In this document: piece after piece, positions 39,041-49,283 of the stretch
How positions within the stretch are numbered: the stretch's first letter is position 1
Layout: every line of letters begins with the position of its first letter
NCBI GenBank assembly: GCA_027451365.1
Contig: DAIDJN010000029.1
Location: forward strand, 1-64,000
Direction: 5' to 3'
From: Phycisphaerales bacterium
GTDB lineage: Bacteria; Planctomycetota; Phycisphaerae; WQYP01
DNA length: 64,000 nucleotides
Notes under the pieces: generated by a model
The model's input: only the letters and a program-made list of their open reading frames with translations
Databases searched by the model: none
Told to the model about the DNA's origin: nothing
Translations under genes and position numbers: made by a program

Positions 39041-41968
39041 ATGAAAAGACGCGATTTTATCAAACTGGGACTTGGCACCGTCGCGGCGGCTTCGCTTACC
39101 GGGTGTTCACTTAAGGCACAATCCTCCATAGCCGACCAGGATGCCGCTTTTGAATTAGGCGGACCTTCATCGGCGATGCCAGTGGCAATTCTGCCGCGCC
39201 GCTGCGAATCACTGGATTTTGACTGGCGTTTTCTGCCGTTGCCCGTAGCTTCTTCACTTCACGATTTGGTAAAGATACAAAAATGGCACTGGAAACGCGG
39301 CACGCCCGCAGATGCCCAGCAGATGACCGCACCGGATATCAACATGTCCGGTGACGGATGGCATGAGGCCACCACAGAAAATGCCCAGATGAATTTCGTC
39401 GGCGATGCCTGGTTTCGCACAGTTCTGCCCCCCTTGGATCATTCGCACCGGACGGTCCGCTTTACGCATGTGGATGATAACGGGGTTATTTATCTTAATG
39501 GTGTCCGGCTGATGAGGCACCAGGGGTGGGAAGATTCTTTCGATGTGCCCCTGGATTCCGCCTGGTCCGACACCGGACCGAATGTTCTGGCCGTACTGGT
39601 GAACAACACATCCGGTCCGGGCGGCATTTACGGGCCGGTGAGCTTCGGCTGGTCAACGGGGTCGGATACTTATGCCGGACCGAAGGTAGATGACGCCACC
39701 TGGCAGCGCGTGCAACTGCCGCATGATTACATCGTGGAAGGAACTTATTCCGCGAAGGCGGACACAGGCCATGGATCACTGCCGGTATTTCCCGCGTGGT
39801 ATCGTCGGCAACTTCACATTTCCGCGGAGGATAAAGGAAAAAGTCTGTTCCTTTATTTTGAAGGCGTCTATCGTAACGCGCAAGTTTATATGAACGGTCA
39901 ATTGATATCGCGCCATCCGGGCGGGTACACATCATTTCATGTGGATATCAGTTATGCCGTTCATTATGGCGCGGATAACACGCTGGCCGTTTATGTGGAT
40001 CCTCGCGATTTTGAGGGCTGGTGGTATGAGGGCGGCGGCATTTATCGCCATGTCTGGCTGAATGTCGTGGACAAGGTGCATGTTGCGCCCTGGGGCGCGT
40101 ATGTGACCAGTCACGTAAAAAATGTTACGAGCAATCCCTCCGCCGATCTTACCATTGAAACCACCATTGCCAATCGCCATGTGCAGGCCCGCACGTGTAC
40201 CCTGAGGTCCGCGGTGATGGATGCGGATGGTAAAATCGTGGGCAGTCAAAGCAGCAAGATGGTTGTGGAATCCACTCTGGCATCAATCCCGGATAATCCC
40301 ACGGATACTATTCTAAATTCCGATTCCATAGACCGGCCGAGTTATCTGCATGCGGGTACAAAAATAGTGCAGCAAATGATGCTAAACTCGGTGAACCTCT
40401 GGTCTCTGGAAAACCGCTATCGGTACCAGTTGCTGTCTGAAGTGCTGGTTGATGGTGAAGTGGTGGACCGGCATGTTCAAAAATTTGGCATCCGAACGAT
40501 TCGCTTCAACGCACAGGACGGTTTTTTTCTGAATGACATGCCCGTAAAACTGCAGGGCGTCTGTAATCATCAGGATTTTGCCGGTGTGGGTATCGGAATT
40601 CCCGACAGCCTTTTTTATTACCGCATGAAACAACTCAAGGAAAAGCTCGGCTGCAATGCGATCCGCTGTTCGCATAACCCCATGTCGCCGGCCATGTATG
40701 AAGCCTGCGACGATCTTGGATTGCTGGTGATGGACGAAAACCGGCATCCAGGCAGCACTGTGGCGACAAAATCCTGGGTGGGGCAGCCGTACAGCAACAC
40801 CTGGCATTTGGAGAATATGGTTCTGCGTGACCGCAATCATCCATCTGTGATAATGTGGTCCATGTGGAATGAAGAATGGGGTATACAAAACGATGTCTAT
40901 GGCCACAAAATGGCCAAGGCCCTGATGCAGGCGATTCATAAGCACGATACCACGCGGCCAATTTCCTGCGCCAATAATTCCGGTACGGGAAACGGTTGGA
41001 TGATCGGTGTGGGTTCTGCTGAAGATTTGCTGGGTGTGAATTACAATTATCAGGATTATGACTGGCTGCATAAACAATTTCCGGATAAGCCGATTTTTGG
41101 CAGTGAAACCGGTAGCAATTGCGAATGCCGGGGAATTTACCATACTGACAACGTCACCGCCCATTTGACCAGCTATATGTCGCCAGAGGGTGCCTGGCGA
41201 CCCTTGGGTCGCCGAAAATTTGTGGCGGGCGGATTCGTCTGGACCGGGTTTGATTACCGCGGCGAAACCAACCCGTTCGGTTGGCCGGAAATTAATTCAA
41301 ATTTCGGTCTTCTGGATATGTGCGGCTTCCCCAAAGATGACGCCTTTTACTATAAGGCCTGGTGGGATCGCCAGACCCCTATGGTGCACATTTTTCCGCA
41401 TTGGAACTGGCCCGGTAAAGAAGGAAAGAATATCCCCGTCTGGTGTTTCAGTAATTGTGACCTGGTGGAATTGTTTTTGAATGGCAAAAGTCTTGGCCGT
41501 CAGACCATGCCGGAATTCGGTCACCTGCAATGGAATAAGATCGCATATCAGCCAGGAAAACTTGAAGCCCACGGGTACCGTAACGGTCGGTTGGAATCCC
41601 GAACTGTTGTGGAAACCACTGGTGCCCCGGCGGCGCTGCGCGTCAGTACCGGCCGAAAGCAGTTGATCGCTGACGGTCAGGATACCGCGGCGGTTGCCGT
41701 TGAAGTGGTCGATGGTCTGGGCCGAGTGGTTCCGACCGCGGGGAACAAAGTGCATTTTTCAGTCAGCGGTCCGGGCCGAAACGCCGGCGTGGGCAACGGG
41801 GATCCAAGCTGTCATGAGCCGAATCAGGCAACCTTTCGCAGTTCTTTTGCGGGGTTATGCATGGTATTGGTTCAGGCGGGGCGATCAAAGGGAAATATTC
41901 TACTGACGGCCAAATCAGATGGCTTGGTCCCGGCACAATTAGTGCTTCCCGTTATCAGCGGGCTTTAG
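39041..41968 (+). CDS. GH2 beta-galactosidase (GalA-like), Tat lipoprotein
   Basis: MKRRDFIK with lipobox LTGC, LPHD, WWYEGGGIYRHV, HQDFAGVG, RCSHNP, RDRNHPSVIMWSMWNEE and GFVWTGFDYRGE. Confidence 0.93.
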   Translation: MKRRDFIKLGLGTVAAASLTGCSLKAQSSIADQDAAFELGGPSSAMPVAILPRRCESLDFDWRFLPLPVASSLHDLVKIQKWHWKRGTPADAQQMTAPDINMSGDGWHEATTENAQMNFVGDAWFRTVLPPLDHSHRTVRFTHVDDNGVIYLNGVRLMRHQGWEDSFDVPLDSAWSDTGPNVLAVLVNNTSGPGGIYGPVSFGWSTGSDTYAGPKVDDATWQRVQLPHDYIVEGTYSAKADTGHGSLPVFPAWYRRQLHISAEDKGKSLFLYFEGVYRNAQVYMNGQLISRHPGGYTSFHVDISYAVHYGADNTLAVYVDPRDFEGWWYEGGGIYRHVWLNVVDKVHVAPWGAYVTSHVKNVTSNPSADLTIETTIANRHVQARTCTLRSAVMDADGKIVGSQSSKMVVESTLASIPDNPTDTILNSDSIDRPSYLHAGTKIVQQMMLNSVNLWSLENRYRYQLLSEVLVDGEVVDRHVQKFGIRTIRFNAQDGFFLNDMPVKLQGVCNHQDFAGVGIGIPDSLFYYRMKQLKEKLGCNAIRCSHNPMSPAMYEACDDLGLLVMDENRHPGSTVATKSWVGQPYSNTWHLENMVLRDRNHPSVIMWSMWNEEWGIQNDVYGHKMAKALMQAIHKHDTTRPISCANNSGTGNGWMIGVGSAEDLLGVNYNYQDYDWLHKQFPDKPIFGSETGSNCECRGIYHTDNVTAHLTSYMSPEGAWRPLGRRKFVAGGFVWTGFDYRGETNPFGWPEINSNFGLLDMCGFPKDDAFYYKAWWDRQTPMVHIFPHWNWPGKEGKNIPVWCFSNCDLVELFLNGKSLGRQTMPEFGHLQWNKIAYQPGKLEAHGYRNGRLESRTVVETTGAPAALRVSTGRKQLIADGQDTAAVAVEVVDGLGRVVPTAGNKVHFSVSGPGRNAGVGNGDPSCHEPNQATFRSSFAGLCMVLVQAGRSKGNILLTAKSDGLVPAQLVLPVISGL

Positions 41969-42260
41969 GCGGTTGGGGGTTTTGGATGGCTGCCCAAATA
42001 TAATTGCCCGACCCGCGGGGGCGCGGGTGGGGTGGGCTGGATTCCAGCCGGGTAAATCATCAATGGTTCGCATGCTTACTGTCCAGCGGTGTTTCTTCAG
42101 AGCGCCGCACAAGGCGAAAACTCGGCAAAAATCGGGCTGGCCTTGATGCACTATCGATTTTTATCGAACACCAACTGATAATTTCAGTCGCCTGAATGCT
42201 GCGTGAAGTGTTTTATGCGCAAGGGTCCCTTAATAAGCGGCCAAGGCGGCATTTTCTCAT

Positions 42261-42299
42261 TGCGCTTTTGTATATATATTTTGCGCATTATTATACTGG
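42261..42299 (+). promoter_or_regulatory. Promoter/operator: TGCGC-N16-TGCGC overlapping a putative -35 (TTGTAT), with -10 TATACT
   Basis: 27/39 identical to the element at 47608-47646 on the minus strand. Confidence 0.55.
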
Positions 42300-42527
42300 T
42301 ATTCCTTATCTTTTAGAGCTATAGTTAATTCGTGTCGCGGTTCGCTGCAGTTCAAAATGCACTTTTCTAACGGATCGCACAGCCGGTTTTGGCGGTCAAT
42401 ATCCCAATGGTTTGTCCATTAGGGAGGGCTGGATTTGAGCCGCTTTGGTTATTTGAGAGGTTTGGCAATGTCATTAGCCGCCACAGACAGTGCTGAATTT
42501 TCCGTTCCGAATGGTCAGGAGACTGAT

Positions 42528-43442
42528 ATGAAAATCCAAGTAAAGAGGCTCGGTGGATTCACATTAGTGGAGTTGCTTGTCGTGATCGCGATTATCGCGG
42601 TTCTTATCGCATTGCTGCTGCCGGCCTTGGCGGCGGCGAAAGCGGCGGCGAACCGGACGGTTTGCGCTGCCAACTTGCATGACGATGGCCAGGCGCTGGC
42701 TGTTTATGCCGCCAGCTATCGCAGTTCCTTTCCTTATGTCTACACCCGCAACGGTTCCAATGGAACGTTGAACTATAATGAAAACGGCGGGGCGTGGCTT
42801 TGGGACTTGAATTTTGGAACACGAAATGCAATGGTTCAAAGTGGCGCGGCCATGGGAACCATGTACTGTCCGTCAAGTCCGGAAATTTACACCATTACAC
42901 CCGCTACAATGTGGGGCGGGTTCCCGGCGGGTACAGTGGTAGCCCAGCCGGCAACTGCTAATACTGATCCGCAGGAAATTGGATCCGGCCTGCAATGCTG
43001 CGAGACCACCTATTCGTGGCTGTTTGTTCATGGACCAACAAATTCGCTGCCCCTGCAAACCCAGTTTTATCAATGGAACGGTACGGGGCGCTGGATTGGG
43101 CAGGGCCCACCCCCAGGCTACCAATCGCGTATGGACCAGCCTGTCGGATTTGACAGTGGCTATTCGCCAGCAGCGATTCCCATAATTGCCGATGGCATCG
43201 TTTATGATCAGGCCAACAACACGTTCACCAACGTTTCCGGTTACTACCAGGGCCTTAGTTCCAACCATCTGAATCAGGCCGGTCAACCGGAAGGTGGCAA
43301 CGAATGCTACATGGATGGCCATGTCGCTTGGGTGCCGATGGGGAGCCCGACGCTTATTGCAAATTTACGGGCATCCGGAGATATGAAACTTCGAGTGCAG
43401 ATGGGTGGTTCCTATCTGTCGTCACCCTATTTCATATGGTAA
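42528..43442 (+). CDS. Prepilin-type N-terminal cleavage/methylation, DUF1559 (H-X9-DG) protein
   Basis: [34 protein letters not shown] and [32 protein letters not shown] before ATG 42528. Confidence 0.93.
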   Translation: MKIQVKRLGGFTLVELLVVIAIIAVLIALLLPALAAAKAAANRTVCAANLHDDGQALAVYAASYRSSFPYVYTRNGSNGTLNYNENGGAWLWDLNFGTRNAMVQSGAAMGTMYCPSSPEIYTITPATMWGGFPAGTVVAQPATANTDPQEIGSGLQCCETTYSWLFVHGPTNSLPLQTQFYQWNGTGRWIGQGPPPGYQSRMDQPVGFDSGYSPAAIPIIADGIVYDQANNTFTNVSGYYQGLSSNHLNQAGQPEGGNECYMDGHVAWVPMGSPTLIANLRASGDMKLRVQMGGSYLSSPYFIW

Positions 43443-43651
43443 GAGATGTCTTGGAAGGATTGATACTTAAACGTCGATAGACATCACTTAAACCTGAGAA
43501 TTGCTCTGAAAGGAGGCGGTAAAAAGGGAGATCAAAAATGCATGGTGCGCCACCATCCGGCTGGCGAGCATGCCGCGTACAACAAATAAGGTATGTTCTT
43601 TATTTGTGTTCTCATTTAACAGTTCAACTTTTTATTTGAAGGAGTTTACTT

Positions 43652-44632
43652 ATGAGTGGAAATAACAGCAGAAAAAGCGGAATAACCAGCTTGATGGGGT
43701 TGGGCCTGACGGCAGGTTGCTTTATGGGTGTCATGGGGTTGTCGCAAGCGGCTCAGGCCACATTGATCCATGAATACAGCTTTAACGCCGGTTCTACCAG
43801 CAGTGGCACCTATACCACGCCGGATTCCATTGGCGGTGCCAGCTATGCGGCGACGATCATGGGGTCAGCCGCCATTAGCTCCGGTCAGGTAGACCTGACC
43901 AATGCGTCCAGTTCCGGCCAGGCCGGTAATGAGTACGTTAGCGTACCGCTTTCCGCCCTGCCACCATCTTCTTCAAGCCTCACATTCGAGGAATGGTTCA
44001 CGACCGGAACCAATGGCGCCCATACTCAAAACTTGTCCTTGAACAGTGACACGGTCGGTACCGTTACCGATGCAATTACAGCTGGTGCCGGCGCAACCGC
44101 AGAAAGCTATTTCTTTATCACCCAGGATAACGGCAACTATGGGTCTCGCACAGGCATGTCTCCGGGTGGATATACCAATGAAAAAGTTGGTGTTAATTCA
44201 CTGGGGACGGGAAGCGCCGCAAACGCCGACTATTTAAGTAAGCTGGTCAACGGCAGCGCCGTGCAGCATATGGTTACGACGGTCATCGACAACACCTCAA
44301 CCGTCGCGGATCCATATGGAACGATCACCTATTATGTCGACGGCGTTCTTCAGGGAACGTCGGCCCAGACATCAGCTGATAACTGGTCGACTCTGGAATC
44401 CACATTCACGAACATGTGGCTCGGGCGCTCGGCATTTTCGGGTGACCCAATGTTCAATGGATCAATTAATGAGTTCCGCATTTACAACAATGCGCTCAGC
44501 AGTTCGCAAGTGTCTGCGGATGCCGCCGCAGGCCCCAATACGGTCCTGACGCCTGAACCTGCCTCACTGGCGTTGTTTGGCGTCGCCGGAGCCAGCCTGC
44601 TGTTGATTCGCCGGCGCCGCGCCGCGGTCTGA
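43652..44632 (+). CDS. LamG/concanavalin-like PEP-CTERM protein
   Basis: Signal peptide, LIHEYSF, YYVDG, MWLGRS, FNGSINEFRIYNNALS and C-terminal TPEPASLALFGVAGASLLLIRRRR. Confidence 0.9.
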   Translation: MSGNNSRKSGITSLMGLGLTAGCFMGVMGLSQAAQATLIHEYSFNAGSTSSGTYTTPDSIGGASYAATIMGSAAISSGQVDLTNASSSGQAGNEYVSVPLSALPPSSSSLTFEEWFTTGTNGAHTQNLSLNSDTVGTVTDAITAGAGATAESYFFITQDNGNYGSRTGMSPGGYTNEKVGVNSLGTGSAANADYLSKLVNGSAVQHMVTTVIDNTSTVADPYGTITYYVDGVLQGTSAQTSADNWSTLESTFTNMWLGRSAFSGDPMFNGSINEFRIYNNALSSSQVSADAAAGPNTVLTPEPASLALFGVAGASLLLIRRRRAAV

Positions 44633-44665
44633 AAGCCGATCCGCAGCAAGTAAATCAAACCTCCC

Positions 44666-44720
44666 AAAAAAAATGGGGCGGTTGGACGAAACAGTTTCGT
44701 CCCCGCCCCTTTTTTATTTT
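44666..44720 (+). terminator. Rho-independent terminator, probably bidirectional
   Basis: A-tract, GGGGCGG-TT-GGACGAAA-CAG-TTTCGTCC-CCGCCCC stem, then T-tract, between convergent genes. Confidence 0.85.
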
Positions 44721-44939
44721 GCGAGCTTCCGCGGTATGGGCATTTTGTTTTTAAATGGGCTGCGTGGCCTTCAACAAATCACGGTATGCCCGTATTGCGA
44801 CCGGCCGGTTGGTTGTCCAAATAATCCCCCACTGAAACAACGCGAGCGGACAGAAACGCCGGAAAATAAGACCGCGTCCAAATCCGGCGTTCACGGTTTC
44901 GCGTGACGCAATGCAATCTCATTAAACTCCACAATTATC

Positions 44940-47423
44940 CTATCTTTTAACCACCCGGCATCCGAACAGTCCGCCAGCAATGTTCCCGGCATGTGCCGTC
45001 AGCCGGACAATTATTTTGCTTTTGCCCTTCGTGAGCCTGTCGGGTATGGGATAGGTTATTCGTTTGATATGACCCGGATTAAGTGATTCCAGCGATTGCG
45101 TTGCAATCTTCTTTCCGTCCACCAGAATATCAAACGTGCGGGCACCTGAATCACTACCCCACCACGCGCACATCAATGCCATCGGCGTATCAGGCAGAAC
45201 CTTCATGGTAAATGTAAATCCGCCTCCGCTGTTGCCGGCGATCCAGCCACGTTGCACGGTGGATATAGCCAGTGTTCCCCGGGCAAAATGTAATTCATCG
45301 CGCAGCTTGTGTGCCGCCAGCGATGCATCGCTTCCCGTATCCAGGTGATCCACGGTAATGGCGTCAAGCTTTTTTTCTTCTGCCGCATGAGTCTGACGCT
45401 GCTGCCTTATTTTTTTCCATTCCGCCGGCGTAATTGTGTCAAAGTAGACCACATACCGCTCATGGGCAACCTGATAAAAGGGAACCAGCTTTACGTCCTT
45501 CGGTCGTCCGACACCGCTGGTGTGCCAGACCAGCGGTTCGGTCGCGTCGGGCTTTATCCAGTCATCCACCGCGAGGTTTTGCCGATTTTGCGTCAGCAAA
45601 ATGGGCACGTTGACCGGGTCGGGCACATTGGCCCATTCATATTGATCGCCATTGGCATACGGAATCGGCTTTTTCATCAGCGCGTCGCCAAGTACGCCGG
45701 CCAGCACAATAGGGCCGGCCAGAATCGCGACTTTTTCGGGATGGTGTTTCATCGGCTCTATGCGAAGCGGTGTTTGCAATTGAAGTTCCAGCGTGTCACC
45801 ATTGGCCCATGTCCGGCTGATGTCTACATAACTGCCCGGTTTTCCCGTCGCCAGCACTTTGTGATTAAGTTTTACCGACATGGACGGAGTGGACCAGTAA
45901 GGGTGGCGCAATTTGATCGTTGCCTTTATCGGAGCGCTACAGGCCACGGTTATGCGAACCGAATTTTCCTGCGGAAACCGGGTTGTCTGTGTAAGCGTCA
46001 GGCCTTTGGCTTTCCAGTTCAGGATTGATCCGATAAACAAATTAATCCAAAGCGTATCGGCATTGTGGTAATAAATGCCGCGGGCGTATTTGCTGTGGTT
46101 TTCCATGCCGGTTCCCACGCAGCACCAGAAGGAATCCCATGGCGTGGAAAAGGTCTTAAAATGCCCCGCCTGCATGGACATGTAATAGGTCATCATGCCG
46201 GTGGCCGGGTCCTGCGATCCAAGGATATGATTAAACAGGCCGCGTTCAAAAAAGTCGGCTGATTCCATATCCGCATTCCAGCAGAAATAGTGATTGGTCA
46301 ATTTCAATATGTTATACGTGCAGCAGCTTTCAGCCGTACCGGCGGTAAGTTGCTGGTACGCATCGCCCAGAGGAAAAAAGAATTCACGATTGGAATTTCC
46401 ACCAAATGCGAAGGTGCGGTGTCGCGCCACGTTCCGCCAGAAAAATTCAGAACCGGCGCGGTATTTCTGTTTGCCCGTCAGTTCGTATTGCCTGGCAATG
46501 CCAATGACGCGCGGGATATACTGGTTGGAGTGGCAGCCGGTAAGAATATCATGACCGCGCATAAGCGGGTCCAGCTGCGCCTTCTGATTGAATTTTTCCG
46601 CCAGTTCCAGGTCCGCCTTGTTGCCGGTGATGCTGTATACATCCGCCAGCACTTCATTCATGCCGCCCTGCTCACTGATCAGCATTAGCTGCATCTGGTC
46701 CGCGGTGAATCGGTCGCCAAATTGCCGCGTCCAATCTGTCATACCCAGCAAAATGGTTTTGGCTTCCGTGCGTCCGGTTTGCAGGTAAACATCGCGCAGA
46801 CCCGCCATAATTTTGTGAATGCAGTACCACGGCGACCACATGCCATCCAGACCAAATGAAAACAGAGCCTTGGGATTTCCCGGATCGATTTGGCCGGCGA
46901 GTACCCGCTTAAACGCGGCCTTGCTGCCGGGCATACCTGCACAATAGCCGCGGAATTGCGGGTCTGATTTCCCATTCGCTTTCTGACAGGCTGTCATGCG
47001 CGGCAAAAGTGAGTCAATTTTTGCGAGCAGGCGGGAATCCCGCGTGTGGGCAAACATCATAGCGGCGGAAGAAAGATAATGTCCCGTAATATGGCTTGCT
47101 AAACCGGTATTTTCCCATCCACCATAGTTGTTGGCTCGCGGCTTAATGCCGGCCACCTTCTCAAACGGTGCCAGCAGCCGGTTGCAATCAAAAGACAGAA
47201 GATAATCCAAATCGCGCTGCTGGTTATCCTTAAAAGGACCGGGGCCGATGGTTACATCCGCCAGATCAAATTCGTAAGCCTTAAGCGGCGAAGTTCCCGA
47301 TTCGACAAGTCCCTGCTGCGGCCCCTGCGAAACAATTGCCTCCGCCTGATGTGTGGCCGCCGCTGCCGCCGCCAGTGTGCCGGCGGCCAGAACATCGCGT
47401 CGTGTAACTGAATGACTAGCCAT
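44940..47423 (-). CDS. GH127/GH146-type beta-L-arabinofuranosidase with Tat signal
   Basis: TRRDVL, YGGWE, GHYLS, PWYCIHKIMAGL, EQGGMNE, HSNQYIP, ESCCTYN, FWCCVGTGMENH and a C-terminal accessory domain. Confidence 0.9.
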   Translation of the reverse strand: MASHSVTRRDVLAAGTLAAAAAATHQAEAIVSQGPQQGLVESGTSPLKAYEFDLADVTIGPGPFKDNQQRDLDYLLSFDCNRLLAPFEKVAGIKPRANNYGGWENTGLASHITGHYLSSAAMMFAHTRDSRLLAKIDSLLPRMTACQKANGKSDPQFRGYCAGMPGSKAAFKRVLAGQIDPGNPKALFSFGLDGMWSPWYCIHKIMAGLRDVYLQTGRTEAKTILLGMTDWTRQFGDRFTADQMQLMLISEQGGMNEVLADVYSITGNKADLELAEKFNQKAQLDPLMRGHDILTGCHSNQYIPRVIGIARQYELTGKQKYRAGSEFFWRNVARHRTFAFGGNSNREFFFPLGDAYQQLTAGTAESCCTYNILKLTNHYFCWNADMESADFFERGLFNHILGSQDPATGMMTYYMSMQAGHFKTFSTPWDSFWCCVGTGMENHSKYARGIYYHNADTLWINLFIGSILNWKAKGLTLTQTTRFPQENSVRITVACSAPIKATIKLRHPYWSTPSMSVKLNHKVLATGKPGSYVDISRTWANGDTLELQLQTPLRIEPMKHHPEKVAILAGPIVLAGVLGDALMKKPIPYANGDQYEWANVPDPVNVPILLTQNRQNLAVDDWIKPDATEPLVWHTSGVGRPKDVKLVPFYQVAHERYVVYFDTITPAEWKKIRQQRQTHAAEEKKLDAITVDHLDTGSDASLAAHKLRDELHFARGTLAISTVQRGWIAGNSGGGFTFTMKVLPDTPMALMCAWWGSDSGARTFDILVDGKKIATQSLESLNPGHIKRITYPIPDRLTKGKSKIIVRLTAHAGNIAGGLFGCRVVKR

Positions 47424-47607
47424 GATGTGGGTCTCCAAAAGCGGCCGGTCAGCTACAACGCTCCGCCCGCGGAACGATTGCACCATTGGAATAACATATC
47501 GGCAGGAAAATGGGAGCCGCCGAATTTCGGGCGTATGGTATATCCTGGCCAATTTGCTTTTATCGCCGGGCCACTAGCACAAATGATAACCTTCCAAGTT
47601 CGGCGGG

Positions 47608-47646
47608 CCTATATAATTCAGCGCAAAAATCATATAAAGTTGCGCA
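47608..47646 (-). promoter_or_regulatory. Promoter/operator TGCGC-N16-TGCGC upstream of the GH127 gene
   Basis: Minus strand TGCGCAACTTTATATGATTTTTGCGCTGAATTATATAGG matches the 42261-42299 element. Confidence 0.55.
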
Positions 47647-47743
47647 GCCGTCTGTTGTGCGGGGAACCGGGCCGACCATCGGATTTAACTGCTTTTGCAA
47701 GACACACTGCCCGCTGGCAGGCCGGAAATAGAAGATACTGCAT

Positions 47744-48796
47744 TTAACGGAGCGCTCTGACCGTCGGCCACCGCTGAATTTTTGGCCAGCCATCCGAAGT
47801 AAAACACAACCGCAGCAAAGCCAGCCGCGGGTGCCCGCGGCGCAGCGCATCATAAAAGTGGCATGTAAAAAAAAGCGTGCCACCCTGCCGAAAAATGCCC
47901 GTCTGGCCCGGCCCGATAAACGGTCCGACGCTGTCCAGCAGCAGAGTGCCCCCGTCATGCAGCATGTTGTGGCCGGATTTGTCCAGATAGGGACCTTGAA
48001 TATGCCGGCTGCGACCGACGCGAATATTGTATGTGCTGTGAATTCCACGGCAGCAATAGCCCCAGTTCACAAACAAATAATAGAATCCGTTGTGTCGGAA
48101 AATGTATGAGGCCTCGATAGTGCGGTGCCATGCCAGGGAGTAGATGTGCGGGTGCGGCTGCGGCGGCTTTCCGGTGCGCCGATTCAGCTCAATCATTTTT
48201 ATACCCGAACTAAATGATCCAAATGCCATCCACAAATGTCCGGAATAATCCAGACTTACAGCCGGGTCAATCGCATTGAAATTTGTCCGGCGACTGCTTT
48301 GGAATACCAGTCCGCGATCCACCCATTTGTACCCGGGACTCCGCGGATTCAGGGTTTGGTTGACCGCCAGTCCAATGGCGGAAACGCGCGAGCTCCAAGT
48401 GGAAACCGCGTAATACAAGAGATATAGCCCATGCAGTCGAATAATATCCGGTGCCCAGAAAAAGCCGTGAAAGCCGGGAACCGCCTGGTGGGTCCAGGCC
48501 GGCGGGCGACCGAAAACCGTCGGCCCGCGGTGCCAGTGAATCAGATCACTGGAAAATGCCGATTGAATTCCCAAACCTGTGGAAAAAATCCAGAAGGTTT
48601 TTCCGCATCGGATAATCGCCGACGGGTCATGAACCCGGATGTGACGGTACCCCATCTGATGTAATATTGCACTCTGCACGGCGGCCCGGTCTGGCGGTGC
48701 CGCTTGTGCCGGCGTCGTGGCCGCAAAATGCGCCAGACTAATCCCGATGGTAACAGATAGGATGAGTCTGAATAGAGTGCGACGTGGCGCAGGCAT
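47744..48796 (-). CDS. GH43 endo-1,5-alpha-L-arabinanase
   Basis: Signal peptide, VHDPS, FWAPDI, NAIDP, FGSFSSGI, IEASYI, WGYCCRG and VGRS..IQGPYLD. Confidence 0.9.
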   Translation of the reverse strand: MPAPRRTLFRLILSVTIGISLAHFAATTPAQAAPPDRAAVQSAILHQMGYRHIRVHDPSAIIRCGKTFWIFSTGLGIQSAFSSDLIHWHRGPTVFGRPPAWTHQAVPGFHGFFWAPDIIRLHGLYLLYYAVSTWSSRVSAIGLAVNQTLNPRSPGYKWVDRGLVFQSSRRTNFNAIDPAVSLDYSGHLWMAFGSFSSGIKMIELNRRTGKPPQPHPHIYSLAWHRTIEASYIFRHNGFYYLFVNWGYCCRGIHSTYNIRVGRSRHIQGPYLDKSGHNMLHDGGTLLLDSVGPFIGPGQTGIFRQGGTLFFTCHFYDALRRGHPRLALLRLCFTSDGWPKIQRWPTVRALR

Positions 48797-48821
48797 GAAA
48801 GAAGCCTCCTGAAAGACTGAA

Positions 48822-49283
48822 TCAATTGTTGTCGGCATTGCCGGTTCGGCTGTGCGACTCCAGCGCGGTGTGCGTCGAATCGCGGTGCAGCGCAAAGTAA
48901 AAGTCTCCGGTCAGAACCGGCCGCCCGTCCGTGGTGGCTTCGATTGTACATAAAAACAATGTTCCGAGGGACCGAACGACGCGCACGCGAATTGCGATTG
49001 TCTGGCCACTGCGCGGCGTAGAAAAAAAATGCACGTTACGCAGTGCCGCCAGAACACCCAGCTGTGGCGGGGCGCCAGTTTGGCCGCGTGCCGCCGCGCA
49101 GGCCGCGGCCTGCGCGGCTATTTCCAGAAGCGCCGTTCGCGGCAGCAGTCCATCCATCATGAACGGCTGATCGTCTGAAAGTTTGCGAATGGCCACGACC
49201 GTTCCATCCGTTTCCCGCGTGGCATTGTCCAGCCAGTGCATCGGCGGGCGATGTGGAATATTGTCCGTCAGATTCTGTCCCAT
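48822..49283 (-). CDS. Hotdog-fold 3-hydroxyacyl-ACP dehydratase (ApeP/FabZ-like)
   Basis: IPHRPPMHWLD and LLEIAAQAAA. Confidence 0.8.
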   Translation of the reverse strand: MGQNLTDNIPHRPPMHWLDNATRETDGTVVAIRKLSDDQPFMMDGLLPRTALLEIAAQAAACAAARGQTGAPPQLGVLAALRNVHFFSTPRSGQTIAIRVRVVRSLGTLFLCTIEATTDGRPVLTGDFYFALHRDSTHTALESHSRTGNADNN

